Shown here one piece after another: positions 10,808 to 20,133 of a DNA stretch of 64,000 bases. The stretch lies in assembly GCA_965225945.1 (NCBI GenBank), contig CBDDBZ010000024.1:64001-128000 (forward strand). The letters are read 5' to 3'. Position 1 is the first letter of the stretch, and every line of letters starts with the position of its first letter. Source of the stretch: Alphaproteobacteria bacterium (GTDB taxonomy: Bacteria > Pseudomonadota > Alphaproteobacteria > GCA-2731375). The notes beneath the pieces were generated by a model that worked only from the letters and a program-made list of their open reading frames with translations, was not told where the DNA came from and ran no database searches. The translations under genes and the position numbers were made by a program.

Positions 10808-11592
10808 ACGATACCCTCATGGGCCGTGCCCGGGCGCTCGGCCTGCACGGCCTCGCCGCCCACTGGGGCGAGGTCGCCGGGCATGACTGGCCCGCTGCGC
10901 TGGTCGCCTGGGAAGAGGAGGAACGGCGAAGCCGCAGCCTCAAGCGCCGCCTCGGCGACGCCCGCCTCGGACAGTTCAAGCCGCTCGCCGACTTCGACTG
11001 GGCATGGCCGCGCCGCTGCGACCGCATGGCCGTCGAGGATCTCATGAGCCTCGAGTTCCTCAACGAGGCCGCCAACGTCGTCCTGGTCGGCCCAAACGGC
11101 GTCGGCAAGTCGACCATCGCCGCCAATATCGCCCACCGCGCCGTCCTCGAGGGCCACACCGTGCGCTTCGCCACCGCGGCCAGCATGCTCGGCGAGCTCG
11201 CCGCCCTCGACAGCGACACCCTGCTTCAGCGCAGGCTGCGCTTCTACGCCCGCCAGCACCTGCTGGTGATCGACGAGGTCGGATACCTGTCCTACAGCAA
11301 CCGCCATGCCGATCTGCTGTTCAACATCGTCTCCAGCCGCAGCCAGCAGAACTCCACCATAATCACCACCAACCGGCCCTTCGCCGAGTGGGGTGAGGCC
11401 TTCCCCAACGCCGCCTGCCTCGTCGCCCTGGTCGACCGCCTCGTCCACAACGCCGAGATCATCGCCATCGACGCCGAGTCCTGGCGCCGCAAGGAGGCCG
11501 AGGAACGCCAGAAGCAGCGCAGCGCCGAGCGCCGCCGGCGGCGAGCCGGCAAGGCCGGCGCGCAGGACCGCGGGGAACCGCCGCCGGCGTAG
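10804..11592 (+). CDS. istB: IS21 helper AAA+ ATPase
   Basis: GPNGVGKS Walker [10 protein letters not shown] Walker B, LVDRLVH. Confidence 0.95.
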   Translation: MNDTLMGRARALGLHGLAAHWGEVAGHDWPAALVAWEEEERRSRSLKRRLGDARLGQFKPLADFDWAWPRRCDRMAVEDLMSLEFLNEAANVVLVGPNGVGKSTIAANIAHRAVLEGHTVRFATAASMLGELAALDSDTLLQRRLRFYARQHLLVIDEVGYLSYSNRHADLLFNIVSSRSQQNSTIITTNRPFAEWGEAFPNAACLVALVDRLVHNAEIIAIDAESWRRKEAEERQKQRSAERRRRRAGKAGAQDRGEPPPA

Positions 11593-11594
11593 CC

Positions 11595-12491
11595 ATGGAT
11601 GGTCCCCGCCTCTGGGACCGGCGGGTGCGGGCCGAGGCCCTGCGAGGCTATCCCCTCGAAGACGTCGTCCGCCGCCTCGGCTACCGCCGCGATCCCACCG
11701 ATGCCGCGCGCTGGAGGCGTCCCGGATCCGTCGTCAGCATCAACGGCTTTATGTTCTACGAACATCTGCGCGGCGAGGGCGGGGGCGGAGCGATCGACCT
11801 GGTAATCCATGCCTGCCGGTGCACCGTGCCCGAGGCCCTCGGCTTCTTCTCGAAACTGCCGTGCCGTGACCGGTTCCCGGCCGATCGCCACCCGAAGCCG
11901 CCGTGCCCGGACCGCCACTGGCCCGCCATCCAGAGCTACCTCGTCGAGCAGCGCGGCCTCGCGGATGTGCTCGTCGCCCTGTGCCGCGACCTCGGCTTGC
12001 TCTACGCCGACCGCCACGGCAACGCCGTGTTCGTCCGCCGAAACGCGGCCGGCGAGGCTCTCGGCGCCGAGAGCGTCCCTGCCGCGGCGCCACGCCGCCT
12101 CGCGCCGACCGGCGCCGCCGCGCGCGGCGGCTTCTGGATGTCGTGGGAACCCGACTGGCCGAACTCCGTCATCCTCGCCAAGAACGCAATCGACGCCCTG
12201 TCGGTCCTCTCCCTCCACCTCGTCCCGGCCGGGCGCAAGGGATGCGCCGTGGTCTCAACCGGCGGCGCCACCGCAAGCCTCCCCGAATGGATCGAGGCCT
12301 GGAACCCCGGCCGGATCTTCTGCGCCTACGACGCCACCCGCCAGGGCGATGACGCCGCGGCACGGCTCATCCGAAACGACAGCAGGGTCGTCCGCCTGCG
12401 CCCTGCCCTCGACGGCCTGGACTGGAACGACATGCTCATGCGCGACCGCGCCGGCGAACCGCTCCAGATCGATGACCGGCCCCTCGACTGA
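11595..12491 (+). CDS. Primase-like DUF3991/Toprim-domain protein
   Basis: GGGAIDLV, YLVEQRGL, AIDALS, CAYD, DWND motifs. Confidence 0.75.
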   Translation: MDGPRLWDRRVRAEALRGYPLEDVVRRLGYRRDPTDAARWRRPGSVVSINGFMFYEHLRGEGGGGAIDLVIHACRCTVPEALGFFSKLPCRDRFPADRHPKPPCPDRHWPAIQSYLVEQRGLADVLVALCRDLGLLYADRHGNAVFVRRNAAGEALGAESVPAAAPRRLAPTGAAARGGFWMSWEPDWPNSVILAKNAIDALSVLSLHLVPAGRKGCAVVSTGGATASLPEWIEAWNPGRIFCAYDATRQGDDAAARLIRNDSRVVRLRPALDGLDWNDMLMRDRAGEPLQIDDRPLD

Positions 12492-13223
12492 ATAGCCACA
12501 GCGCGAAACAAAATCAGCCAAGCCCAAAAGCATCCCGTCAGCCAACCGCCACCGACCGCTCAAAAAGAGCACCATATAAGCGCACCCTGGAACCACCGCT
12601 AACAGGCTCAGGTTGGCTGAACTCACCACCCGTTCCATCAGGTCTTGCGTCAAGGCTCGTTGCTGTTCCAACGCCGTGACCGCTTGTGGCTCCTCGCAGG
12701 GTCCAGTTCCGGTTCCGCCGTCACCGGAGGCCTCGGGGCGCAGCGTCTTCATCAGGGCCTCGTCAAAAAGGTCCAGTTGATAAACACCGCCTTGCCGCCG
12801 CTCCACGCTCATCGAGTTGATCCAGACTGCTCCTTGCTACTCGGATTCGGCCCTTCGGCGCCTCTCGGCCCCTACTATGGCCTCGGCTGACTTCTCCACC
12901 GCCATCGCTCCCCGTCGCCGGTTCGCTACTCGGATCGCCCGAGAGCGCTGGAGATCTCCCTGGGTAAGACGCTGATCTTTCCTCCGGTCGCGGCCGGATT
13001 TACCAATGCGACGTCCGAACGACTATCGGGCCTCGCCATCCATTGCTGGCTTACCCCATCGCACCGGCCTGATATCCGGTTTCTGTTCGTCCGCTCCAGA
13101 TTTTGCCTCCCGCTTCCTCCCCACCCCGCCTCGCGGCGACGCAGTTGCCTTCAGCTATCGGTTCCGGTCGTTACGGCCCGTAGAGAACTTCCATCTCCTA
13201 GATCAGCGCCATGCCAGGCACAC

Positions 13224-13257
13224 AAAAAAGAGCCGGGGGCCAGAGGCACCCCGGCTC
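13224..13257 (-). terminator. Rho-independent terminator of dctP; IIC intron target
   Basis: GAGCCGGGG / CCCCGGCTC stem followed by T6 on the minus strand. Confidence 0.9.
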
Positions 13258-13279
13258 GAATAAAGTGCTTCGATCGGGA

Positions 13280-14341
13280 TCAGTCGACGTAAGCCAAGTC
13301 ACCCCAAACCTTCCAGTCGGCGCGAAACTTGCTGTAGGAATCCCAGACCATGGCGAAGTCCTTGTCGTTCTTGTACTCTTCCGCGGCCAGTTCCTCCCAG
13401 GCCGCCCGCAACCGCCCGAGCGCTTTGTCGGACCAGCGATGCACCTTCACGCCCTTCGCCTGCATCCGTTTGATGGCCGGGAACTGGAACGCCTCGGACT
13501 CGGCGAGCGAGATGTAGTTGTTCAACTTGCAGGCCGCCTTAACTATCAGCTTGTGGTGGTCCGAAAGACCGTCCCAGGTCGGGCGATAGAACTCGATCGC
13601 CTGCAAGCTCGCCGGCTGGTGCCAGCCCGGGAAGTAATAGTGCTTGGCGATCTGATAGAAGCCGAAGTGCTCGTCCATCACCGGCATGGAGAACTCCGTG
13701 GCGTCGATCACGCCGCGCTCCAGGGCCGGATAGATGTCGCCGCCCGCCAAAAACTGCGGCGACACGCCGAACTTCGTCAGCACCTTGCCGCCATAGCCGA
13801 AGAAGCGGATCTTCATCCCATTGAGCTCGTCCAGGGTCTTGATCTCCTTCTTGAACCAGCCCGCCGTCTCCGGCGCCAGGGTCGCACAGGGCGTTATCGC
13901 CTTGAGGTTATGGCGTTTGTAGAGTTTGTCGAGCAGCTCCTGGCCGCCGCCGAACTCGAACCATGCATAGTACTCAGCGGCCCTTGGACCGAACGGCATC
14001 GAGGCGAAGAACGCCAGCGCCGGCAGCTTGCCGACGTGAATGCCGGGCGAGCCGAAGGCCACCTTTACCGAGCCGTTGGTGAGCGAGTCCCAGTAGTTGT
14101 AGGCGGGCACCAGCGCGCCGGGCTCGAAATGCTGCAGAACGAGCGTGCCCTGCGACAGCTCGGTCGTCCAATCGGCGATGCGTTTGGCGCTCTCGCCGAG
14201 GATCACCATCGATCCCGGCCAAGCCGCGTGCATCTTGAGCTTCACCTTCTTCTGCGCCCCGGCCGAAGTGGCGATCACACCCGTCATGGCGACCGCGACC
14301 GCGATCCCCAATGGTATTTTGAGCAAACGTGACAGGGTCAT
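13280..14341 (-). CDS. dctP: TRAP substrate-binding protein (TakP-like)
   Basis: Signal peptide, GWFKKEI, ALERGVIDATEF, YYFPGWHQP. Confidence 0.9.
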   Translation of the reverse strand: MTLSRLLKIPLGIAVAVAMTGVIATSAGAQKKVKLKMHAAWPGSMVILGESAKRIADWTTELSQGTLVLQHFEPGALVPAYNYWDSLTNGSVKVAFGSPGIHVGKLPALAFFASMPFGPRAAEYYAWFEFGGGQELLDKLYKRHNLKAITPCATLAPETAGWFKKEIKTLDELNGMKIRFFGYGGKVLTKFGVSPQFLAGGDIYPALERGVIDATEFSMPVMDEHFGFYQIAKHYYFPGWHQPASLQAIEFYRPTWDGLSDHHKLIVKAACKLNNYISLAESEAFQFPAIKRMQAKGVKVHRWSDKALGRLRAAWEELAAEEYKNDKDFAMVWDSYSKFRADWKVWGDLAYVD

Positions 14342-14445
14342 TTCTCCCCTCCCTCCCAATATAGGTCGAACTTTCAGGCTGACGAAAGCTCTGCTCGCGT
14401 CATCCAAAACAACGCTGCGAAGCAGGTATCGGTTGCAAAAATTTT

Positions 14446-15464
14446 GGCTCAATTCGTGAATTGTATGCATTAGTGATAGAGTGCCTGGAACGTCAGGAGG
14501 TTGGGTTATGGACGGCAAGGGTTTCCAGGTGTGGCTTTCGGCGGCGCGCGGGCTGACGCGCGCGCAGCGGCGCGAGGCGCTCGCGGTGCTGTCGGGCCGG
14601 AGCGAGGGCGAGGCATCGAAGGCCGCGATCGAGCTTGGTGTGGACGAGGCCCGGCGCTGTCCGCACTGCGCGAGCGAAGGGGCGGTTTCGCGCGGTATGG
14701 CGCGGGGTCTGCGGCGCTACCAGTGCAAGGGCTGCGGCAGGACCTTCAACGCGCTGAGCGGTACGCCGCTGTCGGGCTTGCACCACAAGGAACGCTGGCT
14801 GTCGTTCGGGGCGTCGCTGGCGAAGGGGGAGACGGTGAAGGCGTCGGCGGCGCGCTGCGACGTGGCGGTGAGCACGGCGTTCCGCTGGCGTCACCGGTTT
14901 CTGGCGGCGGCGCGGAGCGATTCGGAGGTGCTCAAGGGGATCGTGGAAGCGGACGAGACCTACGTCCTGGAGAGCCGGAAGGGCGCGCGCGGGCTGGGGC
15001 GCAAGGCACGGCGGCGGGGCGGCAAGGCGAAGAAGCGCGGCCTCTCGCGCGAGCAGGTACCGGTTCTCATGGCGGCGGACCAGAGCGGAACGACGGTCAG
15101 CGCGGTGCTGCCCAGGGTCGATGCGGCGGCGCTCACGGCTGCCCTCGACCCGGTGGTCGCGAAGGACGCCCTGCTGGTCTCCGACGGCGGCGCGAGCTAC
15201 CCACCGTGCGCCGCCGCGCTCGGGGTGAGCCACGAAGCACTCAACCGCTCGATGAACGTTCGGGGCGATCTGCATGTGCAGACGGTGAACAGCCGCCACA
15301 GCCGGTTGAAGGACTTCCTGCGTCCCCGCCGCGGCATCGCCACCCGCTATCTGGACAACTACCTGAGCTGGTTCCACCTCGTCGGCCTCGCCCCCGGCGC
15401 CAATGACCGAGCCTGCCTCGCCGCCGCCGTAACAAGGTGACGCATACAATTCACGAATTGAGCC
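14446..15464 (+). mobile_element. IS1595-family element
   Basis: 23-bp perfect TIR GGCTCAATTCGTGAATTGTATGC; 8-bp TSD AAAATTTT. Confidence 0.95.
14508..15440 (+). CDS. IS1595-family transposase
   Basis: CPHC/CKGC Zn ribbon, VEADETY, LVSDG, HVQTVNSRH. Confidence 0.92.
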   Translation: MDGKGFQVWLSAARGLTRAQRREALAVLSGRSEGEASKAAIELGVDEARRCPHCASEGAVSRGMARGLRRYQCKGCGRTFNALSGTPLSGLHHKERWLSFGASLAKGETVKASAARCDVAVSTAFRWRHRFLAAARSDSEVLKGIVEADETYVLESRKGARGLGRKARRRGGKAKKRGLSREQVPVLMAADQSGTTVSAVLPRVDAAALTAALDPVVAKDALLVSDGGASYPPCAAALGVSHEALNRSMNVRGDLHVQTVNSRHSRLKDFLRPRRGIATRYLDNYLSWFHLVGLAPGANDRACLAAAVTR

Positions 15465-15632
15465 AAAATTTTTCGCAGCGACGCCCATAGCAAAGTCGAT
15501 GAATTCCCCGGAGTCAAGCCCGCCTCTCCGAGCGCCCAAAGGGGACCAAAGCAAAAGCGGTAGCCATGGAGATTGCGGTGGGCCGCGGAAATCGGCGAGC
15601 GAATTCCGGATCGACCGGCCGGTGGAATGAAT

Positions 15633-16067
15633 TCAGCCCTCGACCTGCCGCTTGAGGCCCCGGTTCATCAAATGGAACGCCTCGGTCATGAGCTCGTGGT
15701 CGTCGTTGTATTTCTCTTCGGCCAGCGTCCCAGTGAATATCTCCCGGTGGATGAAGGTAGCTCCGCCATCCGACGCCGGTTCGATCTCGAATATGTGCTC
15801 GCCCTGCAGTTCCGAGCGGTTTTCGCCGCCCTTCCACGAGAGACGCTCGTTTGGCCGGACGATGTCGAGATCGGCGTCGAACTCCGCGTCCGTCCCATCC
15901 GGCATCTTCACGTTTACATGGAGCACCCGGCCCACCACGGGCGCGCCTTCGATACGCACGATGTAGGGGTTCCAGTCCCCCCAGCCGGCGACGTCCGAAA
16001 GCACGGCCCAGACCGCCTCCGGCGGGGCGGCGATCTGGATGGCGGTCCTGATCTCGTTGGCGGACAT
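15633..16067 (-). CDS. SRPBCC (START-like) family protein
   Basis: IQIAAPPEAVWAVLSD...WNP; GEHIFEIEP. Confidence 0.85.
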   Translation of the reverse strand: MSANEIRTAIQIAAPPEAVWAVLSDVAGWGDWNPYIVRIEGAPVVGRVLHVNVKMPDGTDAEFDADLDIVRPNERLSWKGGENRSELQGEHIFEIEPASDGGATFIHREIFTGTLAEEKYNDDHELMTEAFHLMNRGLKRQVEG

Positions 16068-16119
16068 TTCCACGACTCCCTCTCCCCGCAGCACTATCGG
16101 CACCTAACAGGCAGTTGAA

Positions 16120-16197
16120 CCGACATCCCCCCAGTGACTGTCGGTTCCGACCATCAAAGTAGCCATTCGGGCCCTCGATGGCAATTCCGAGGCCGAT
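16120..16197 (-). mobile_element. Orphan IS right-end fragment (IS1380-like)
   Basis: About 90% identical to 29635-29712; ends ...GGGGATGTCGG. Confidence 0.55.
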
Positions 16198-16283
16198 GAG
16201 CAGCTTGAAGACCATGGCGAGCGCCGTCTTGCGGCCGAGGCAGCCCTTGGTCTTTTCGGTCCTGAGTCGCAGCGTGGGAAAAG
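16198..16283 (-). pseudogene. IS256-family transposase C-terminal fragment
   Basis: TLRLRTEKTKGCLGRKTALAMVFKLL. Confidence 0.65.
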
Positions 16284-16332
16284 GCGCAGCGTGGGAAAAG
16301 ATCGCGGTAGGGACATGAGTTACCCCACGCCC

Positions 16333-16986
16333 TTCGCCGTAGGGACGCGGGTTACCCCGCGCCCCCGGCACAAAACCCGGCGTGCGGAACTACCGCACCG
16401 GGCTTCCACCTCGGATGTTTGACGGCAAAGCAACTTGCCGTACACGCTCCAGCCCCTGGGTCACGCTTACCCGGCTCGGTGTCCGGTACGTATCGGGTTG
16501 AACCATGTTCTCCTCGGCGCCTCCCCTTGGCTCCACCAACTCCGCCGTCGATTGTTCGACTTTGTTCGCCGGCTTCACGGCTACTATGGGAGGCTCAGAC
16601 TTCTGGCGGCCGTTCATCGCCGGCGACGCCCCCTTGGGGCTTCCCAGCACGACCCGAGCCCACCAAGCGGTCTCGGGTAGCCACCAGATCTCCCGGTTCC
16701 CTGACAAAGTGCGTATGCGCATGCCTGGGGTCTTGGACCACGCCGGGCCGGCAAACCGCTCGCGCTAACGCGGTGCGCCATGTTGTCTTCCCCATAACGG
16801 GAGAGGGTCGACACCCGGGACGACAGCTGTTTCACGGCTCGATATCCCAGCCTACGCACACCCCTACCGACGCTTCGCCGACACCCTCGCGGATGCCAAC
16901 GCACGGCTCGGAGGCCGATGTGGTTCGCTACTCCTTCATCGCAGAGGACTTGCACCTCCAACACCTTGCCGGTTTTTCCGGCGCAC
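16333..16986 (-). mobile_element. 654-nt ORF-less (internally deleted) group II intron
   Basis: GTGCG start, DI-DIII-like sequence, RT N-terminal codons fused to C-terminal codons, intact DV/DVI. Confidence 0.85.
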
Positions 16987-16992
16987 CCCGCA

Positions 16993-18911
16993 GTTACGGT
17001 AGGAATGCGCATTGCTGCGCACCCCCCGCGCAGATCCGGACGTGGTCGTTGAACCATCCGGCTCCTACCTCGGGTGCTTGACGGCAAACCGCTGGTCCGG
17101 CCATGGGTGGCGGATGGAGGCGCGTGGCCACAGGATTTCGGTCATGCGCTCCAGTCGCTTCCAACTAAATCGGGCTCGCTGGGACCGGCGGCGTAGCGCC
17201 CGCATCCACCGGCGTTGCAGCCTGCGGAGGAACGCACGGATGAACCGGCCTGACCCTGGGACGGCAAAGTAGTTGAGCCAGCCATTGCAGACTCGCCCCA
17301 GCCACCTACCAACTTCCCAGATGTCGTGGTGCCAGCGCTTGCGGAGCACCTCGTCGATGCGCGCCAGGGTCCTGTTGACCCGTTTGGCGACCGGTTTGCG
17401 ACCAAGCCGAAAGCGTCCTCTCAGGGTCGTCGTGCAATAGTGCGTGAGGCCCAGAAAGTCGAAAGTCTCCGGCTTGCCCACCCCGCGCTGGCGCCGGTTC
17501 AAATCCGCGAACCGGCCAAACTCCACGAGGCGGGTCTTGTCCTGGTGGAGGCTGAGACCGAACCGGGCCAGCCTCTCCCGAACGTCGCGGAGGTACCGCT
17601 CCGCATCCCGCTTGTGTTGGAACCCGACAACGATATCGTCAGCGTAACGGACGATGATCGCTTCGCCATCCGGGACGTTCGGGCGCCATTTCTTGTGGAA
17701 CCACAAGTCGAGCACGTAATGCAGGAACACGTTCGCCAAGACGGGGGAGACTATTGCCCCCTGCGGCGTGCCCATACCCGTATCTGCCCATGACCCACTC
17801 TCTATGACGCCGGCGTTCAGCCATTTCCGGATCAGACGGATGACCCGCCTGTCTCCGATGCGGTGCTCTAGGAACGTGATCAACCAATCCCGCGGGATCG
17901 TGTCGAAGTACGCCCGGAGGTCTGCATCGACTATCCAGCTGACCTTGCGCCGTTCTATCCCGAAGGCCAGGGCATCGAGCGCATCGTGCGCCCCCCGCCC
18001 CGGTCGGAACCCGTAGCTGAAGCCAAGAAACACCACCTCGTAGATCGGTGTCAGGATCACATCCACAACCGCCTTCTGGACGACCTTGTCCTCCAGCGCC
18101 GCGATCCCGAGCGGTCGTGTCCCCCCGTCCGGCTTGGGTATCTCTACCCGCCGAACCGGCGGCGCCCGGTACGCTCCCCCTCTGTGCAGGCGCCGGTGCA
18201 GGTCGAGCAGGCGCTCATCCAGACCCTCGCCGTACATGTCCCACGTAACGCCGTCGACACCGGCTGCTGCGTCCTTCTTCAATGCGAAGTAGGCCGCACC
18301 GAGCGCGTCCGGCGTAATGTGGTGGAAGAGCGCAGTGAGACGTTCCTTCGGGTTTCTCTCTGCAGCTTTCCGTATCCGGGCCGCCGCCTGTGGCACGCTT
18401 ACCCGACACTGTGTTCGGCGCGTGCTTTGGCAATCCGGATTCCCCTTGGTTGAGGCCCTTTCCTCCGGCGACTCCGCAGAAGCTCGCGCTCCCTTGTTCG
18501 CCGCCCTCACAGGTCGTACGGCCTCATCCGACTTCTTCAAACCGTTCATCATAGGCTTCGGTTTTCTCCATTCCCTACGCGGCCCCTTTACGACAACCGG
18601 GGCAGTTTGAAGACCTCCCAGGGTCCCAACAGAAGGCGTGCGAACGTGCATGGGTTCTCTGACACCGCGGGGCTCGCCGACATCTCACCAAAACGACGCC
18701 TGCGATATTGCCTTCGACCGATCTGAAAGCCTCGGCACCCCGGACCATCGCTTTTACGGTGCTCAATAGCCCTGCCCATCCATGCCGCTACCGACGCTTC
18801 GCCTGCCCCCTCACGGGAGCCAACGCACGGCTCGCGGAGAAACGTGGTTCGGTTACTCCTTCGTTCCGGGGGACTTGCACCCCCTACCTTCTGCCAGTTC
18901 GCCTGGCGCAC
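16993..18911 (-). mobile_element. Intact group II intron (1919 nt)
   Basis: GTGCG at 18911; DV/DVI ending CCTACCGTAAC at 16993. Confidence 0.92.
17065..18552 (-). CDS. ltrA: Group II intron RT/maturase (no En domain)
   Basis: GTPQGAIVSPVL, RYADD, FDFLG; probable start MMNGLKKSD. Confidence 0.92.
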   Translation of the reverse strand: MMNGLKKSDEAVRPVRAANKGARASAESPEERASTKGNPDCQSTRRTQCRVSVPQAAARIRKAAERNPKERLTALFHHITPDALGAAYFALKKDAAAGVDGVTWDMYGEGLDERLLDLHRRLHRGGAYRAPPVRRVEIPKPDGGTRPLGIAALEDKVVQKAVVDVILTPIYEVVFLGFSYGFRPGRGAHDALDALAFGIERRKVSWIVDADLRAYFDTIPRDWLITFLEHRIGDRRVIRLIRKWLNAGVIESGSWADTGMGTPQGAIVSPVLANVFLHYVLDLWFHKKWRPNVPDGEAIIVRYADDIVVGFQHKRDAERYLRDVRERLARFGLSLHQDKTRLVEFGRFADLNRRQRGVGKPETFDFLGLTHYCTTTLRGRFRLGRKPVAKRVNRTLARIDEVLRKRWHHDIWEVGRWLGRVCNGWLNYFAVPGSGRFIRAFLRRLQRRWMRALRRRSQRARFSWKRLERMTEILWPRASIRHPWPDQRFAVKHPR

Positions 18912-19214
18912 CAGATCCCGGCGTGCACTGCTAATGCACCGGGCTCCTGCCTCGGGTATTTGACGTAGAAGCGTTTCGACGGCCAGGGATGGAGGATCGT
19001 CACTGGCGGAAGCCAGCGCTCGACCAGCTTGGCAAAGACCTTCCAGGTCGTGCGGTCGTTCTGGCTGCGGCGCCGGAGCGCTTTCAGCCATAGAACGAAA
19101 CCGCTTTCAGCGGTAGTTCGTGGTGCCGGGCGGTGAGGTCGGTGGCGTAACGGATGGGTCGATCCTGTGTTGAGGTTTGGAGTTCCGAAGCTCACGCAAC
19201 ACGGGAGCAGACCC

Positions 19215-20120
19215 ATGACCGATAGTGACAAGACCATCAGCCCGCTGCGCCAGCGCATGATCGACGACATGGTGCTTCGCGGCTTCAGTGCCAACACGCA
19301 GCGCGGCTACATCAGTGCGGTGGCCGGCTTTTCCGACTTTCTCGCACGCTCTCCGGATCGGGCGGAGGCGGAGGATCTCAGGCGCTATCAAGTGCATATG
19401 CGCAAAGCAGGCGCATCGGCGACGACGATGAACGCGGCGGTCTCGGCATTGCGGTTCTTCTTCGGCGTCACGCTCGGCCGAGGCGACGCCGAGATCGGCA
19501 TGACGACGGTGGCAATGCCGCGCAAGCTGCCGGTGATCCTGAGCGTCGAGGAAATGGCGCGGCTTCTCGATGCCGCCCCCGGTCCCAAATACAAGGCGGC
19601 CTTTTCGCTGGCCTATGGCGCCGGCCTGCGCGCTTCGGAGGTGGTCCATCTCAAGGTCCCGGACATCGACAGCAACCGCAAGACGCTTCGCATCGAGCAA
19701 GGTAAGGGCCGCCGAGATCGCTACGCCATGCTCTCGGATCGCGCCGTCGAGCAGCTCAGGGTCTGGTGGTTGCTTGGCCGCGCCCGCGGCGTGATGCTGC
19801 CCGGCGGTTGGCTGTTTCCAGGCCAGAACCCGGTCAACCCGTTGACCACCCGCCAGCTCCGTCGCGCCCTCGATGGCGCCAAGGCGGGGGCGGGGATCGA
19901 GAAGCGGATCTCGCTTCACACGCTGCGCCACTGCTTCGCCACCCATCTCCTCGAACAGGGCGTCGACATCCGCGTGATCCAGGTTCTACTGGGGCACAAG
20001 AAGCTGGAGACCACGGCTCACTACACCCAGGTCGCCAGCACCACCTTGCGGCGCGCCAAGAGCCCACTGGACCTGCTCGAGCCGCCGACGCCCAAGACCA
20101 AGCGCAAGCCGCCGAAGTGA
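19215..20120 (+). CDS. Tyrosine recombinase (XerC/D-like)
   Basis: GLRASE, HTLRHCFATH, LLGH, HYT catalytic residues. Confidence 0.93.
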   Translation: MTDSDKTISPLRQRMIDDMVLRGFSANTQRGYISAVAGFSDFLARSPDRAEAEDLRRYQVHMRKAGASATTMNAAVSALRFFFGVTLGRGDAEIGMTTVAMPRKLPVILSVEEMARLLDAAPGPKYKAAFSLAYGAGLRASEVVHLKVPDIDSNRKTLRIEQGKGRRDRYAMLSDRAVEQLRVWWLLGRARGVMLPGGWLFPGQNPVNPLTTRQLRRALDGAKAGAGIEKRISLHTLRHCFATHLLEQGVDIRVIQVLLGHKKLETTAHYTQVASTTLRRAKSPLDLLEPPTPKTKRKPPK

Positions 20121-20133
20121 GCCGGCGGCCTCG

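Larger units (their letters stand above)
8464..12604 (+). mobile_element. 4141-bp IS21-family transposon with two extra genes
   Basis: TGT...ACA ends, shared GCGCTTA(G/T)ATGGTG at equal offset from both ends, TSD GGCTCA (8458-8463 / 12605-12610). Confidence 0.92.
6463..12812 (-). pseudogene. ltrA: Group II intron RT/maturase in three pieces (12605-12812, 7748-8457, 6463-6984)
   Basis: GTPQGGPLSPLL and RYADD motifs; removing both inserts and one TSD each restores one 1440-nt frame. Confidence 0.92.
6408..13223 (-). mobile_element. Group IIC intron (about 1.9 kb net) with two nested insertions
   Basis: 5' end GTGTGCCTGGCATGG at 13223 directly after a terminator U-tract; DV/DVI ending ...CCTACCCGAT at 6408. 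Confidence 0.9.

Noticed and set aside
14342-14518. N-terminal extension of dctP given by the ORF track
   Set aside because: It runs out of the IS1595 end; the RBS and signal peptide support the start at 14341.
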